48,576 nucleotides of DNA, from NCBI GenBank assembly GCA_050014415.1, contig JBEKDJ010000002.1, forward strand, positions 1-48,576, written 5' to 3'. The stretch is from Thermodesulfobacteriota bacterium. Lineage in GTDB: Bacteria > Desulfobacterota > BSN033 > UBA1163. Positions 26,715-35,921 of this stretch are shown piece by piece. Each line of letters opens with the position of its first letter. The first letter of the stretch is position 1. The position numbers and the translations under genes are program-made. The notes under the pieces were generated by a model that was given only the letters and a program-made list of their open reading frames with translations, had not been told where the DNA came from and made no database searches.

Positions 26715-26847
26715 GGTTATCAGAACATCAGGTTATCAGGCAATGACTATCAGGACACTAGGTTATCAGGTAAACAAAGAAATGATTCTTTTCCTGCTCC
26801 TCTGATTTCCCAGTGCTCTGCGTCCTGATTTCCTGATAACCTGAATC
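26715..26847. repeat. type III 8-bp word array (ATCAGG words, then CCTGAT words)
   Basis: AGGTTATCAGG at 26730-26740 and 26760-26770; reverse complement CCTGATAACC at 26832-26841. ATCAG and CTGAT words are mostly spaced 8 bp apart. Confidence 0.6.
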
Positions 26848-26856
26848 TACGCCTAT

Positions 26857-29800
26857 TCATTCCGATAAAGACCATGTTGCTGTGATCGTTGTTCCCTTTC
26901 CTTTGATCGACTCGATCGCAAAGGATCCACCTGAGAGCTCAGCTCGCTCTCTCATGCTGGTAAGACCTAATCCTCGCCTGGGCCTGTCCGCCGAAAGGTT
27001 TTTCTCAATATCGAATCCCACCCCGTTATCCCGTATCGTTAATTCCATCTTCTCGTCGGTTCCTCTCAACGAGAGATGAACCAGATCCGCTCCACTATGT
27101 TTGGTAATATTGTTCAGGGCCTCCTGCATGATTCTGTAGATGACCGTTTTGAGAGAATCTGGAACTTCGTCTTCTCTAACACCCACCTGGGTTTCAATGC
27201 TGATGCCAGGATAGGTCGTCTTGAACTCCCTGCAAAACCATGAAATGGTTGCTAAGATGCCCAGGTCATCCAGGACAGAGGGCCGCAAATCCATCTGTAT
27301 TCTGCGGGCTTCTTCAATGCTTTGCTGAACAATGGGGATAACGGTCTCCAGCGATTTGACCATTGTTTTTCGCCTGTTCTGACGCATTTCCTGGAGGATG
27401 TTCTCCACCCTGAATTTGATCGTAGACAGGGATTGTCCAAGGCTGTCATGGACTTCGCGCGAGATCCGTTTCCTTTCATTTTCCTGGACCGTCAAGAGCT
27501 GGGAAGAGAGAATCCTGAGCCGCTTCTCAGAATCCCGTATTTCGTCTTCGAGATCAAACCGGTGAAGCGCCTCTCCAATCAATGGCGCCACCGACTCAAT
27601 AAACTCCATCGCCTTAAAGGGTACTTGTCCTTCCCTTTCGTCGGCCAGATGGATTGCTCCGAGCACCTCTCCTCGGTAACGAATGGGAATAATGCTTACA
27701 GACGTAAACCCGTGCTCCAGACAGACACCTCGGAATCTCGATTTCTCCTCTTCTGAAAGCTGACCTACGAATTCAAATGTGTTGGCGCAATGGAAGGAGC
27801 CATGAGCGGTTGTCATGGAACTATCTTGGGGATCGGGATTTCCTGTGATCACTCGAATGCAGGCACACTGGTCTCGTGTGATTGAAAGCAAGTTCTCCGA
27901 TTCCCAGAATGGCTGGCTGAATCCGACATAGGATTCATAGGGAATGAACTTCTGTTCATCCAATACCCGGATGCCTACACATCGGCATCCACTCCAACTT
28001 TGAAGGAGATCGACGACGGCATCCAAATACTCCCTTCGTGCGGCCTTTCTTGAAAAGAGCTCAAGGAGGACGCTGGTCGCATAGGTTCGTCTTTCTATCT
28101 CCTTGCGCTCGGAAATGTCACCTACCGAAGCCACCCATCCGAGCGTCCTTCCTTGAGTATCTTTTAAAGACGAGACCATCACAAGAGCGTCGAAACGCTC
28201 CTCGTTCTTTCTGAGAAAGCGCACTTCGAAGCCTACGCTTGGCATCCGGCCTCTGAGCAGTGCCCGAAAGGATTCCGTTCGAACCTCTGAATCTTCCGGT
28301 GGCCAGAAGTTGAAAGGTGGGGCAGCTCCGATCAATTCCCCTTCGTTCCATCCCGTCATGCGACATAAGGCAGGGTTCACATGGGTGATCCGACCTTTTT
28401 TATCCACAACGAGGATGCCAGTGACAATGGAGTTCTCAATAGCCGCCCGCAGAGCATGCTCAGACTTCGCTTTCTCCTCAGCAAGTTTTTGAGCAGTGAT
28501 ATCTCGTGCGGCTGCAAAAACACCTTGTACCTCTCCTGCTTCATTCCGATATACCGTTGCATTGTACAGTACTTCGGTAATCTGTCCTGAGGTATGTCGG
28601 ATAGAGAGAGGATAATCTCTCACAGACCCTTCCGAGAACACCTGCTCGTATCCCTCTCTTGCCTTCTTGGGTTCGGTAAAGTAGTCCAAGAAATCGCTTC
28701 CGATTAAGTGATCACGGGAAACGCCGGTCGCAGATTCGGTCGCCCTGTTCACATCGGTGATCTTGCCATCGGAACTGATAGTGACAAGGGGGTCAGGGCT
28801 TGCTTCGATGAGACTGCGGTTGTATTGATGGGCGGCTCTCAGAGCCTCCTCTGCACGCTTACGCTCGGTAATGTCAATACCCATCTCCAGAATGAGTGTG
28901 GAGCCGTCTGTGTCGGTGAAGGGGAAGTCGAAGACATCATAAATGCGGCCGTCCGGGCCGGTCCACTCCCACTCATGGGGTACCATGGTTTTCAGAACGG
29001 TATAGGTTTCACAAGTCTCGCAGGGCTCGCTGCGCCCAAACAGATACTCAAAGCAGCGCCGGCCGTGGGATTCGCCGAAACGCTCCCGAAAGAAGTGGTT
29101 TGCAAAGGGCACGTGATAATCCCGTGTCAACAGCACCAAATAAGCCGGCAGTATCTCTAGGACGTCATTGACCCGCTGCCGTTCCGCTTTCACGGCCTCT
29201 TCGGCCCGCTTGCGTTCGGCGATATCCCGCGCAATAGTGGAAAGGAACTCCACCTCTCCATTCGGACCTTTATGTGCGAGGATGACCTGAGAAGCAGGGA
29301 TCTCCGTTCCATCACGGCTCAGAAAGGCAGTCTCGCCGTTCCAGAGACCTGTCTGCAAAGCGGTTGGAATGCCTTCATTCAGAACTACAGCCTTCGTCCA
29401 ATCAGGGTGGGTGTCAGGTATCCTCACTCCCGATATATCCTCCTCTTCGCTGAGGCCAAGCATCTTCCGACCGGCTTTATTTAAGTAGAACAACTGCCCG
29501 TCCAAATTTGCCATTCCTATGAGGTCGGACGTTGCTTCAACAATATGGGCAAGCTGGGTTCTTTCTTTCTCCGTTTGCACACGGTTGGTCACATCTTCCA
29601 ACGAGAAGACTAAGAACTCCACCTCACCCTTTTCGTCTAATATGGGGGTCAAGGTCCAGTCCCAATAGGTCTCTCCCCGCTTAGGATGATCTGGAAAGGT
29701 GAACGGTTGTGCAACAGCCTGATAGGGTATCTTTGTCTCTACGACTTGTCTAAACTTGGCTTCATTTTCCTCATGAGGATAGAATTCGAAATGATTGTGG

Positions 29801-31629
29801 CCAGCAAATTCTGAAACATCACGTTGATGGGATTTGGCATAGGCCGCATTGACTCTGATAAAATTGAGATTTTTGTCAAGAAAGACCAATGGGGTGATCG
29901 TGGAGGTGAAAAAGCCTTCTAAAATCCTCGATTGGTCTCTCAAGGCTTTCTCCGCTCGCATGTATCCAACCATTTCCCCAAGTTCAATGGCAATCGCATT
30001 GATAAGACCTCTTTCTTCCTTTAAGAAAGGTCCTTCATTACTTATCGGTTTTTCTTCTAAGTAATAAATCTCTACACTACCGATTATTTCATCATGGACA
30101 ATGATTTCGCTGGCCTGTCTCCAGGGCGTCTCCTTTAAGTTTTCGGTCTTATATTCCTTCCCATCAAGTAAGATTCGTGCGCAGGTTATTTCGGGATATT
30201 GCCATCCAGACGTAATGAGATTAACAATATTCTGGAGCTTTTCGTCCAACAGAGCATATTGTTTTCCGACATAGTAACTTATGGAATAAAGACAATTGAT
30301 CTCTTGAATTCGTTTATCGAGATCATAGGTCAGGTTTCGCAAAGCTCCTTCGGTCCGCTTCCGTTCAGCAATTTCAGCCTGTAACTCTTTGTTGGTTTTT
30401 AACAGCTCCAAGGTTCTTTCCTGAATACGAAGTTCTAACTCGTCACGGGATCTTCGGAGTTCTTCCTCGGCCTGCTTGCGCTCGGTGATGTCTCGAACTT
30501 GAACCAAATAACCGCTCTGGGCTTCTTTTTGCTCCAAACCCAAGGGGGTGATTAGAACATCAAGATAAATCGCCCCCGATTTTTTTGTGTCATACAATTT
30601 ATGCTCACTGACTTTTTCAAAATCAAAAGCAGCCTCATATCTAACAGATTCTCCCTTTTTCAGCTTCTCTCTTGCTTCATCTGCCAAATTGGGGTCATCA
30701 AAGAGTTTAAATCCTTTCACCTCTTCCGCATCAGATACACCAAAAATCTTAAGGGAGGCTTTATTTACTTCAAGCAATTGACCATCCGAATCATAAAGCT
30801 CAATGCCGATTGGGGATTCACCAAAAATGTTCCTGAAACGTTCTTCACTCTCCTTTAAATTTTTGAATAAGAGATTGTAAGGTTTTGAAAAACCCGTCTG
30901 GATAATGGCCTTATAGATAAAATAAAAAGAAAGGACCTTGAAGATATGGCCGATCAGATTAGAAAGACCATAAGCATCGATATAAAATGTAAAGGCCAAT
31001 TCAGAAACAATGGTCAGGAGAATGGACCAAACCACCCATTGCATGACCTCTCGCTCAAACTCCCTTCGATTTTTAAAAAGCAGGGCAATTGAACCTAAAA
31101 GAATCAGAGAGATGATATATTCACTGATCTTTTTAAACGGGGTTAATCCAAGCCCTTCGACGAAGCAAGTAGGGAAAATATTCCAGTAAAAGATGGACAA
31201 TAACAAAATGGAAGTAGCTAAGGCATATCCAAAAATTAAAGAATTTGCTTTCAACTTTCGCCTAAAAAATAAAGGGGCGATAAGAAGAGAGGTGCTTTCC
31301 ATGTATCGGGCAACAATCCATAGCTGGGTCGGTAAATTGGTTTCATACCCTTGAAATACGCCCATTCCTGTATAAGCCAATGTATGGGTTAGATCTAATG
31401 CGCCAACAAACAGATACGCAATACCAATAAAGAGAAGGTAATTGTTATCGAGAAATCGGCGTGCGTTCCAGGTGATTACGAAAATGCCGAAAGCGACAAC
31501 GATTGAAAATATTTCGGCAAGGCTATGGAAAAGAAGGTAACTGTAAAGACTGGTCAGGTATAGTCCAAAAAAGACCAGAATCCCTATCAGGAAATATGAA
31601 TATTTTTTAGTGTTAACGCCTTGTTCCAT
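26857..31629 (-). CDS. giant sensor histidine kinase (MASE3-like membrane module, about six PAS plus GAF domains, HisKA_3 + HATPase)
   Basis: 1590 aa. N-terminal ~250 aa polytopic. Repeated PAS C-terminal signatures (DITERK, DIAERK, DITAQK, DISERK). H-box REVHDSLGQSLS (NarL-partner type). HATPase C-terminus. Confidence 0.93.
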   Translation of the reverse strand: MEQGVNTKKYSYFLIGILVFFGLYLTSLYSYLLFHSLAEIFSIVVAFGIFVITWNARRFLDNNYLLFIGIAYLFVGALDLTHTLAYTGMGVFQGYETNLPTQLWIVARYMESTSLLIAPLFFRRKLKANSLIFGYALATSILLLSIFYWNIFPTCFVEGLGLTPFKKISEYIISLILLGSIALLFKNRREFEREVMQWVVWSILLTIVSELAFTFYIDAYGLSNLIGHIFKVLSFYFIYKAIIQTGFSKPYNLLFKNLKESEERFRNIFGESPIGIELYDSDGQLLEVNKASLKIFGVSDAEEVKGFKLFDDPNLADEAREKLKKGESVRYEAAFDFEKVSEHKLYDTKKSGAIYLDVLITPLGLEQKEAQSGYLVQVRDITERKQAEEELRRSRDELELRIQERTLELLKTNKELQAEIAERKRTEGALRNLTYDLDKRIQEINCLYSISYYVGKQYALLDEKLQNIVNLITSGWQYPEITCARILLDGKEYKTENLKETPWRQASEIIVHDEIIGSVEIYYLEEKPISNEGPFLKEERGLINAIAIELGEMVGYMRAEKALRDQSRILEGFFTSTITPLVFLDKNLNFIRVNAAYAKSHQRDVSEFAGHNHFEFYPHEENEAKFRQVVETKIPYQAVAQPFTFPDHPKRGETYWDWTLTPILDEKGEVEFLVFSLEDVTNRVQTEKERTQLAHIVEATSDLIGMANLDGQLFYLNKAGRKMLGLSEEEDISGVRIPDTHPDWTKAVVLNEGIPTALQTGLWNGETAFLSRDGTEIPASQVILAHKGPNGEVEFLSTIARDIAERKRAEEAVKAERQRVNDVLEILPAYLVLLTRDYHVPFANHFFRERFGESHGRRCFEYLFGRSEPCETCETYTVLKTMVPHEWEWTGPDGRIYDVFDFPFTDTDGSTLILEMGIDITERKRAEEALRAAHQYNRSLIEASPDPLVTISSDGKITDVNRATESATGVSRDHLIGSDFLDYFTEPKKAREGYEQVFSEGSVRDYPLSIRHTSGQITEVLYNATVYRNEAGEVQGVFAAARDITAQKLAEEKAKSEHALRAAIENSIVTGILVVDKKGRITHVNPALCRMTGWNEGELIGAAPPFNFWPPEDSEVRTESFRALLRGRMPSVGFEVRFLRKNEERFDALVMVSSLKDTQGRTLGWVASVGDISERKEIERRTYATSVLLELFSRKAARREYLDAVVDLLQSWSGCRCVGIRVLDEQKFIPYESYVGFSQPFWESENLLSITRDQCACIRVITGNPDPQDSSMTTAHGSFHCANTFEFVGQLSEEEKSRFRGVCLEHGFTSVSIIPIRYRGEVLGAIHLADEREGQVPFKAMEFIESVAPLIGEALHRFDLEDEIRDSEKRLRILSSQLLTVQENERKRISREVHDSLGQSLSTIKFRVENILQEMRQNRRKTMVKSLETVIPIVQQSIEEARRIQMDLRPSVLDDLGILATISWFCREFKTTYPGISIETQVGVREDEVPDSLKTVIYRIMQEALNNITKHSGADLVHLSLRGTDEKMELTIRDNGVGFDIEKNLSADRPRRGLGLTSMRERAELSGGSFAIESIKGKGTTITATWSLSE

Positions 31630-31884
31630 TTTCCTCTCCTAATCTTTGCAGTAACAGGGGTGCAGAACTATTATAGCACATGATTTGTATGGGCGCTGAA
31701 ATGGATGAACCTGAAACAACCCACTTACTACAGCCACCCGATTCCAATGCTACTCACTCTCAGGATACTTCTTAGATAAACCCAAAACGTCCAGAATACA
31801 ATATTTCTAACCCAGAAATACGGCATTTACCCTATTTTTTTTATGAGCTGTTCTAAGTAGGTTCAAATTTGGGAGGGAATACCT

Positions 31885-32022
31885 ATGTTAGAGACTCTTC
31901 TTCCAGGAGTGAAACACCTTCAGAACATTCATCCATTGGTGGTCCATTTTCCGATTGCATTTCTGATGGGTGCAGCACTTTTTTACGGGCTGGCGTGGGT
32001 TTTTGGAAAAAACAGCCTCTGA
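31885..32022 (+). pseudogene. N-terminal fragment (45 codons) of a DUF2231-type membrane protein
   Basis: SD gggaggg, ATG 31885, MLETLLPGVKHLQNIHPLVVHFPIAFLMGAALFYGLAWVFGKNSL, then stop. Carries the family hallmark HPxxVHFPIA, but the remaining TM helices are missing. Confidence 0.5.
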
Positions 32023-32060
32023 GTTACAGCCTTCTCATTTTGATGGGGTAAATCAGTAAC

Positions 32061-32783
32061 TCAGGGCTTTAGCTCTGATGAGTTAACCTTGAAAGGTTGA
32101 GGTACTGTCAAAAAGGTCTTGAGAACTTCCCATTTCTTTTCTCCGATTCCCTTCACATTTTTTAACTCTTCAACCGATCGGAAGCCTCTCCTTTTCCCTC
32201 GATAGGCGACGATTTCTCGGGCCAAGGATTCTCCGATCCCGGGAATCAAGCAGAGATCCTCCGCCGAGACTCGGTTGAGGTCTAGAGGTATGAAGAAGAT
32301 AAGTAGTTTGCTGGCCTCCATTCTTCCCAATTTTACTTTAGTTCCCCCATACCCCCCCTTATAAAAGGGGGGACATGGAGGGATTATACGGGATTCTTTC
32401 ACTACCGTGATCAGGGTCCCCGTTTCCAGGGCCTTTGAGGAAGCAGCGGTTTCGAGGAACTCAGCCTCCTTCAACCCTCCTGCTTTTTCAATCGCTTCCT
32501 TCAATGAGGGCGGATTCCGGAAAATGAAGATTCCAGGATTCGGCACGTCTCCTGACACTTCAACCGCACACTCTCCGACAATCTCTTCAGGAGGGGGCAG
32601 AAGGCGATGATAATAAAATCGAAAATAGAGAATACCGAGGAGAAATATGGCAACGATGAAGAGAATCCGTTGTTGACCAAGAGAGAAATGTTTGAATAAT
32701 TGAGGAGGGAGGACTGCGAATTGCGGATTGAATAAAGAAAGAAAAGATCTCAGTTTCTGTTTGCCAAATTCCGAAATCCGCAT
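32061..32783 (-). CDS. comEA: ComEA-type helix-hairpin-helix DNA-binding/uptake protein
   Basis: N-terminal TM, SLBB-like middle region, C-terminal LNRVSAEDLCLIPGIGESLAREIVAYRGKRRGFRSVEELKNVKGIGEKKWEVL. The start is uncertain because the 5' end runs through a repeat array. Confidence 0.8.
   Translation of the reverse strand: MRISEFGKQKLRSFLSLFNPQFAVLPPQLFKHFSLGQQRILFIVAIFLLGILYFRFYYHRLLPPPEEIVGECAVEVSGDVPNPGIFIFRNPPSLKEAIEKAGGLKEAEFLETAASSKALETGTLITVVKESRIIPPCPPFYKGGYGGTKVKLGRMEASKLLIFFIPLDLNRVSAEDLCLIPGIGESLAREIVAYRGKRRGFRSVEELKNVKGIGEKKWEVLKTFLTVPQPFKVNSSELKP
32341..32396. repeat. REP-like hairpin element, copy B, in frame inside comEA
   Basis: CCCCCCTT-ataa-AAGGGGGG hairpin followed by GGAGGGATT. 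Translated as PPFYKGGYGG in the linker. Homologous to 5137-5170. Confidence 0.55.
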
Positions 32784-32800
32784 TCCGAAATCCGAAATGG
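32711..32800. repeat. type I heptad-word array (inverted halves) spanning the comEA 5' end
   Basis: CGAATTGCGGATT (32717-32729) matches 40296-40308 exactly. Right half is attccgaaatccgcattccgaaatccgaaat. Confidence 0.55.
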
Positions 32801-32802
32801 TT

Positions 32803-34386
32803 CTATTCTTCTTCTTTGAGGAGTTTATAATCGATGGAGTCGACAAGAGCCTGCCAACTGGCTTGGATGATATTCTCGGAGACTCCAACCGTTCCCCACT
32901 TTGATTCTCCATCTCCCGATTCGATGAGAACCCTCGTTTGGGCCCCGGTTCCATCCTTCGTCGAAAGAATCCTGACTTTATAGTCCAGCAGTTTAACCTC
33001 CTTCAATTCAGGATAGAACTTCTCCAAGGCCTTTCGCAACGCATGATCCAATGCATTGACCGGGCCATTTCCCACCGCTGCGGTATGCTCGACCTGATCC
33101 CCCACACGGACCATGATGGTGGCCTCTGCAAGGGAAGGGGCTTCCTCCCTATCCTTTTCGACGATCACACGAAACCCCATCAGTTCGAAGAACTTCTTGT
33201 GCTGTCCAAGGGCCTTTTTAATGAGTATCTCAAAAGAACCTTCTGCTCCCTCAAACTGAAAACCCTCGTTTTCCAGGCGCTTTAGGTCGTCGAGGATCTT
33301 TTTCACCTTCGGATCTTTGCTCTTCAAATCGATTTTTAGCTCGGCGGCTTTGTAAAGAATATTCGATTTACCGGAGTAATCAGAGATAAGAACCCTTTGA
33401 CGATTTCCAACCCGCTCTGGAGGAACATGTTCGTAGGTGGCATCACTCTTTCGGATGGCGCTCACATGCAAGCCACCCTTGTGAGCAAAGGCGCTGTCCC
33501 CCACATAAGGGAGGTATTTATTGTGGGGGAGGTTGGCCAACTCTGAGATGAAACGAGAGACCTCAGTGATCTTTTTCAACTGATCATCCGTGATACAATC
33601 CATTTTCATTTTTAACTTGAGATTGGGGATGATGGAACAGAGATTAGCATTCCCGCATCTTTCCCCGTACCCGTTCATGGTGCCATGGACCATCAGGACG
33701 CCTTCCTTGACCGCTAAGATGGTGTTTGCTACGGCCATCTCCGTATCATTATGAACATGAATGCCCAAGGGAATGGTGATTTGTTTTCTTGTCTCTCTAA
33801 TGATGGTTTGAATCTCGTCAGGGAAGGTCCCTCCATTCGTATCGCATAAGACAATCCAATCGGCCTTGGCATCCTGTGCAGCCTTCAGCGTGGAGAGGGC
33901 ATACTGGGGATTGTTTTTGAATCCATCGAAGAAATGTTCTGCATCAAAAATAACTTCCTCGGCCTGACCCTTCAGAAACTGAATCGAGCTATGAATGATC
34001 TCGAGATTCTGATCAAGAGTTATATTTAATGCCTCAAGGGGATGAATATCCCAGGACTTTCCGACAATGGTTATCACCTTTGTGCCAGCCTCGATCAGAG
34101 CTTGGATATTTGCATCATTCTGGGGCAAAGTCCCTGCCCGGCAGGTGCTTCCAAAGGCCACCATCTTTGCCTGAGATAGGGGAACCAATTTGATCTCTTG
34201 AAAAAACTGGATGTCCTTTGGGTTAGAGCCTGGCCAGCCTCCTTCGATGTAATGAACGCCTAAATCATTCAACTTCTGCGCAATACGAACTTTGTCCTCT
34301 ACGGAAAAGGCGATGTCTTCCGCCTGGGCGCCATCCCGAAGCGTAGTATCATAGATCTTCACTGAATTTAAATGACTCAAAGCCAT
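32803..34386 (-). CDS. cimA: (R)-citramalate synthase (LeuA-family)
   Basis: [50 protein letters not shown]-terminus. 527 aa with a LeuA-type regulatory C-terminal domain. Confidence 0.88.
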   Translation of the reverse strand: MALSHLNSVKIYDTTLRDGAQAEDIAFSVEDKVRIAQKLNDLGVHYIEGGWPGSNPKDIQFFQEIKLVPLSQAKMVAFGSTCRAGTLPQNDANIQALIEAGTKVITIVGKSWDIHPLEALNITLDQNLEIIHSSIQFLKGQAEEVIFDAEHFFDGFKNNPQYALSTLKAAQDAKADWIVLCDTNGGTFPDEIQTIIRETRKQITIPLGIHVHNDTEMAVANTILAVKEGVLMVHGTMNGYGERCGNANLCSIIPNLKLKMKMDCITDDQLKKITEVSRFISELANLPHNKYLPYVGDSAFAHKGGLHVSAIRKSDATYEHVPPERVGNRQRVLISDYSGKSNILYKAAELKIDLKSKDPKVKKILDDLKRLENEGFQFEGAEGSFEILIKKALGQHKKFFELMGFRVIVEKDREEAPSLAEATIMVRVGDQVEHTAAVGNGPVNALDHALRKALEKFYPELKEVKLLDYKVRILSTKDGTGAQTRVLIESGDGESKWGTVGVSENIIQASWQALVDSIDYKLLKEEE

Positions 34387-34402
34387 ATGCCTCCATATGA
34401 AA

Positions 34403-34584
34403 GGTCAATCATCAGTGGTCAATGATCAGTTATCAATTCTCAATGATCATTAACCATTAGTCGTCGGCCATTGATTATTATTGATTGGCCACTTCCTATT
34501 GATTATAGGCTATCAATTACCAATTATAAATACTCAGTTCTGACCATTGAACATTGGTCATTGCCCATTGATTATTGATCATTT
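34403..34584. repeat. type II heptad array: 26 consecutive in-register 7-bp units
   Basis: ggtcaat catcagt ggtcaat gatcagt tatcaat tctcaat gatcatt aaccatt ... accattg aacattg gtcattg cccattg attattg atcattt. The left half has CAAT words and the right half ATTG words. Confidence 0.8.
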
Positions 34585-35817
34585 CTCTTCTGCCACAGAT
34601 GGCTTATCTAACTCAAAAGCATCATGGAGCGCTCGAACTGCCAGTTCGGTATATTTTGCGTTGATGATACAGGAGATCTTGATCTCTGAAGTGGAGATCA
34701 TGTTGATATTGATGCCCTCCTTTGCCAAGGCAGAGAACATCTGGGTGGCTACATGGGAGTGGCTCCTCATACCTACACCCACAATCGATACCTTGGCAAT
34801 GTTTTCATCGGCGGCGACCTCTTTCCCACCGAACCCTTTCATGGTCTCCTTGATGATCTGAAGGGTTTTGGTGAAATCGGACTTGGGAACGGTGAAGGCC
34901 ACATCCGCATAACCTTTCTCCGTGCTGGAGGTCTGGATGATCATATCCACGACGATATTGGCATCGGCAATGGGCTTAAACAATTTGGCAACCATTCCAG
35001 GAACGTCCGGAACACCCATGATCTCAATCTTCGCCTCATTCTTGTTGTAAGTGACACCGGAAACGACAACCCTTTCCATTTCTTCGTCCTCCTTGCAAAC
35101 GATCGTTCCAAGATTATCATTGAAAGATGACCTTACATGGATGGGGACATCATATTTCTTAGCAAACTCAACCGATCGTATCTGTAACACTTTGGCACCC
35201 AGGCTGGCCATTTCAAGCATCTCGTCATAAGAGATCTTGGATAACTTTCTCGCCTTCGGGCAGATGTTGGGATCGGTGGTATAGACTCCATCGACATCGG
35301 TGTAGATCTCGCAGACGTCTGCCTTCAAGGCGGCTGCAACCGCGACACCTGTCGTATCAGATCCCCCTCGACCCAGGGTGGTAATATTATCTGACTCATC
35401 CACGCCCTGAAACCCTGCTACCACCACCACCCTTCCGTTCTTTAGATCCTTAAGTATCTTCTCCGACTCAATGCCTGAAATGCGGGCCTTGCCAAAGGCG
35501 CTGTCTGTAGCAATCTTGATTTGAAACCCCAAGTAAGATTTCGAGGCACAGCCCATTGCTTTAAGAGCGATAGCAAGCAAGGCAATGGAGACCTGTTCTC
35601 CTGTGGAGACAAGGACATCCAATTCCCTCTCGTCAGGGGTTGGAGTGATCTGCTGGGCTAGGCGAATCAGCTTGTCCGTCTCTCCGGCCATTGCGGATAC
35701 AACCACCACAACATCATGGCCTTGATTCTTCGTTTTGATCACCCTGGAGGCCACGTTTTTAATTCGGTCAATATCCCCCACAGAGGTACCGCCATATTTT
35801 TGAACCACCAATGCCAT
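34579..35817 (-). CDS. lysC: aspartate kinase
   Basis: [14 protein letters not shown] start with SD ggagg. Kinase domain plus two ACT-like C-terminal domains. Confidence 0.93.
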   Translation of the reverse strand: MALVVQKYGGTSVGDIDRIKNVASRVIKTKNQGHDVVVVVSAMAGETDKLIRLAQQITPTPDERELDVLVSTGEQVSIALLAIALKAMGCASKSYLGFQIKIATDSAFGKARISGIESEKILKDLKNGRVVVVAGFQGVDESDNITTLGRGGSDTTGVAVAAALKADVCEIYTDVDGVYTTDPNICPKARKLSKISYDEMLEMASLGAKVLQIRSVEFAKKYDVPIHVRSSFNDNLGTIVCKEDEEMERVVVSGVTYNKNEAKIEIMGVPDVPGMVAKLFKPIADANIVVDMIIQTSSTEKGYADVAFTVPKSDFTKTLQIIKETMKGFGGKEVAADENIAKVSIVGVGMRSHSHVATQMFSALAKEGININMISTSEIKISCIINAKYTELAVRALHDAFELDKPSVAEEK

Positions 35818-35833
35818 TCGACTCCCCTCCCCC

Positions 35834-35921
35834 AATCCATTGCGGAATGTAGAATGCGGATTGCAGAATTAAGAACTTGAGATTATCACATTCCGCATTC
35901 CGCACTGCGAATTCCGAATTC
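35834..35921. repeat. type I heptad-word array, inverted halves (GCGGAAT words / ATTCCGC words)
   Basis: gcggaat gtagaat gcggatt gcagaat taagaac, then cacattc cgcattc cgcactg cgaattc cgaattc. The right half forms the tsaE 3' end. Confidence 0.6.

Noticed and set aside
32711-32800. Type I arrays as CsrA/RsmA-binding GGA repeat sites
   Set aside because: GGA-rich readings (tcGGAtttcGGAatgcGGA) are on the transcribed strand at some loci (comEA leader) but on the non-transcribed strand at others (for example 36371-36450 relative to tsaE). A uniform CsrA explanation therefore does not hold.
34403-34584. Periodic arrays as CRISPR or as ordinary microsatellites
   Set aside because: The units are 7-8 bp, degenerate and contiguous with no unique spacers, so this is not CRISPR. 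The words vary too much for a simple slippage microsatellite, and the arrays are paired with complementary arrays.
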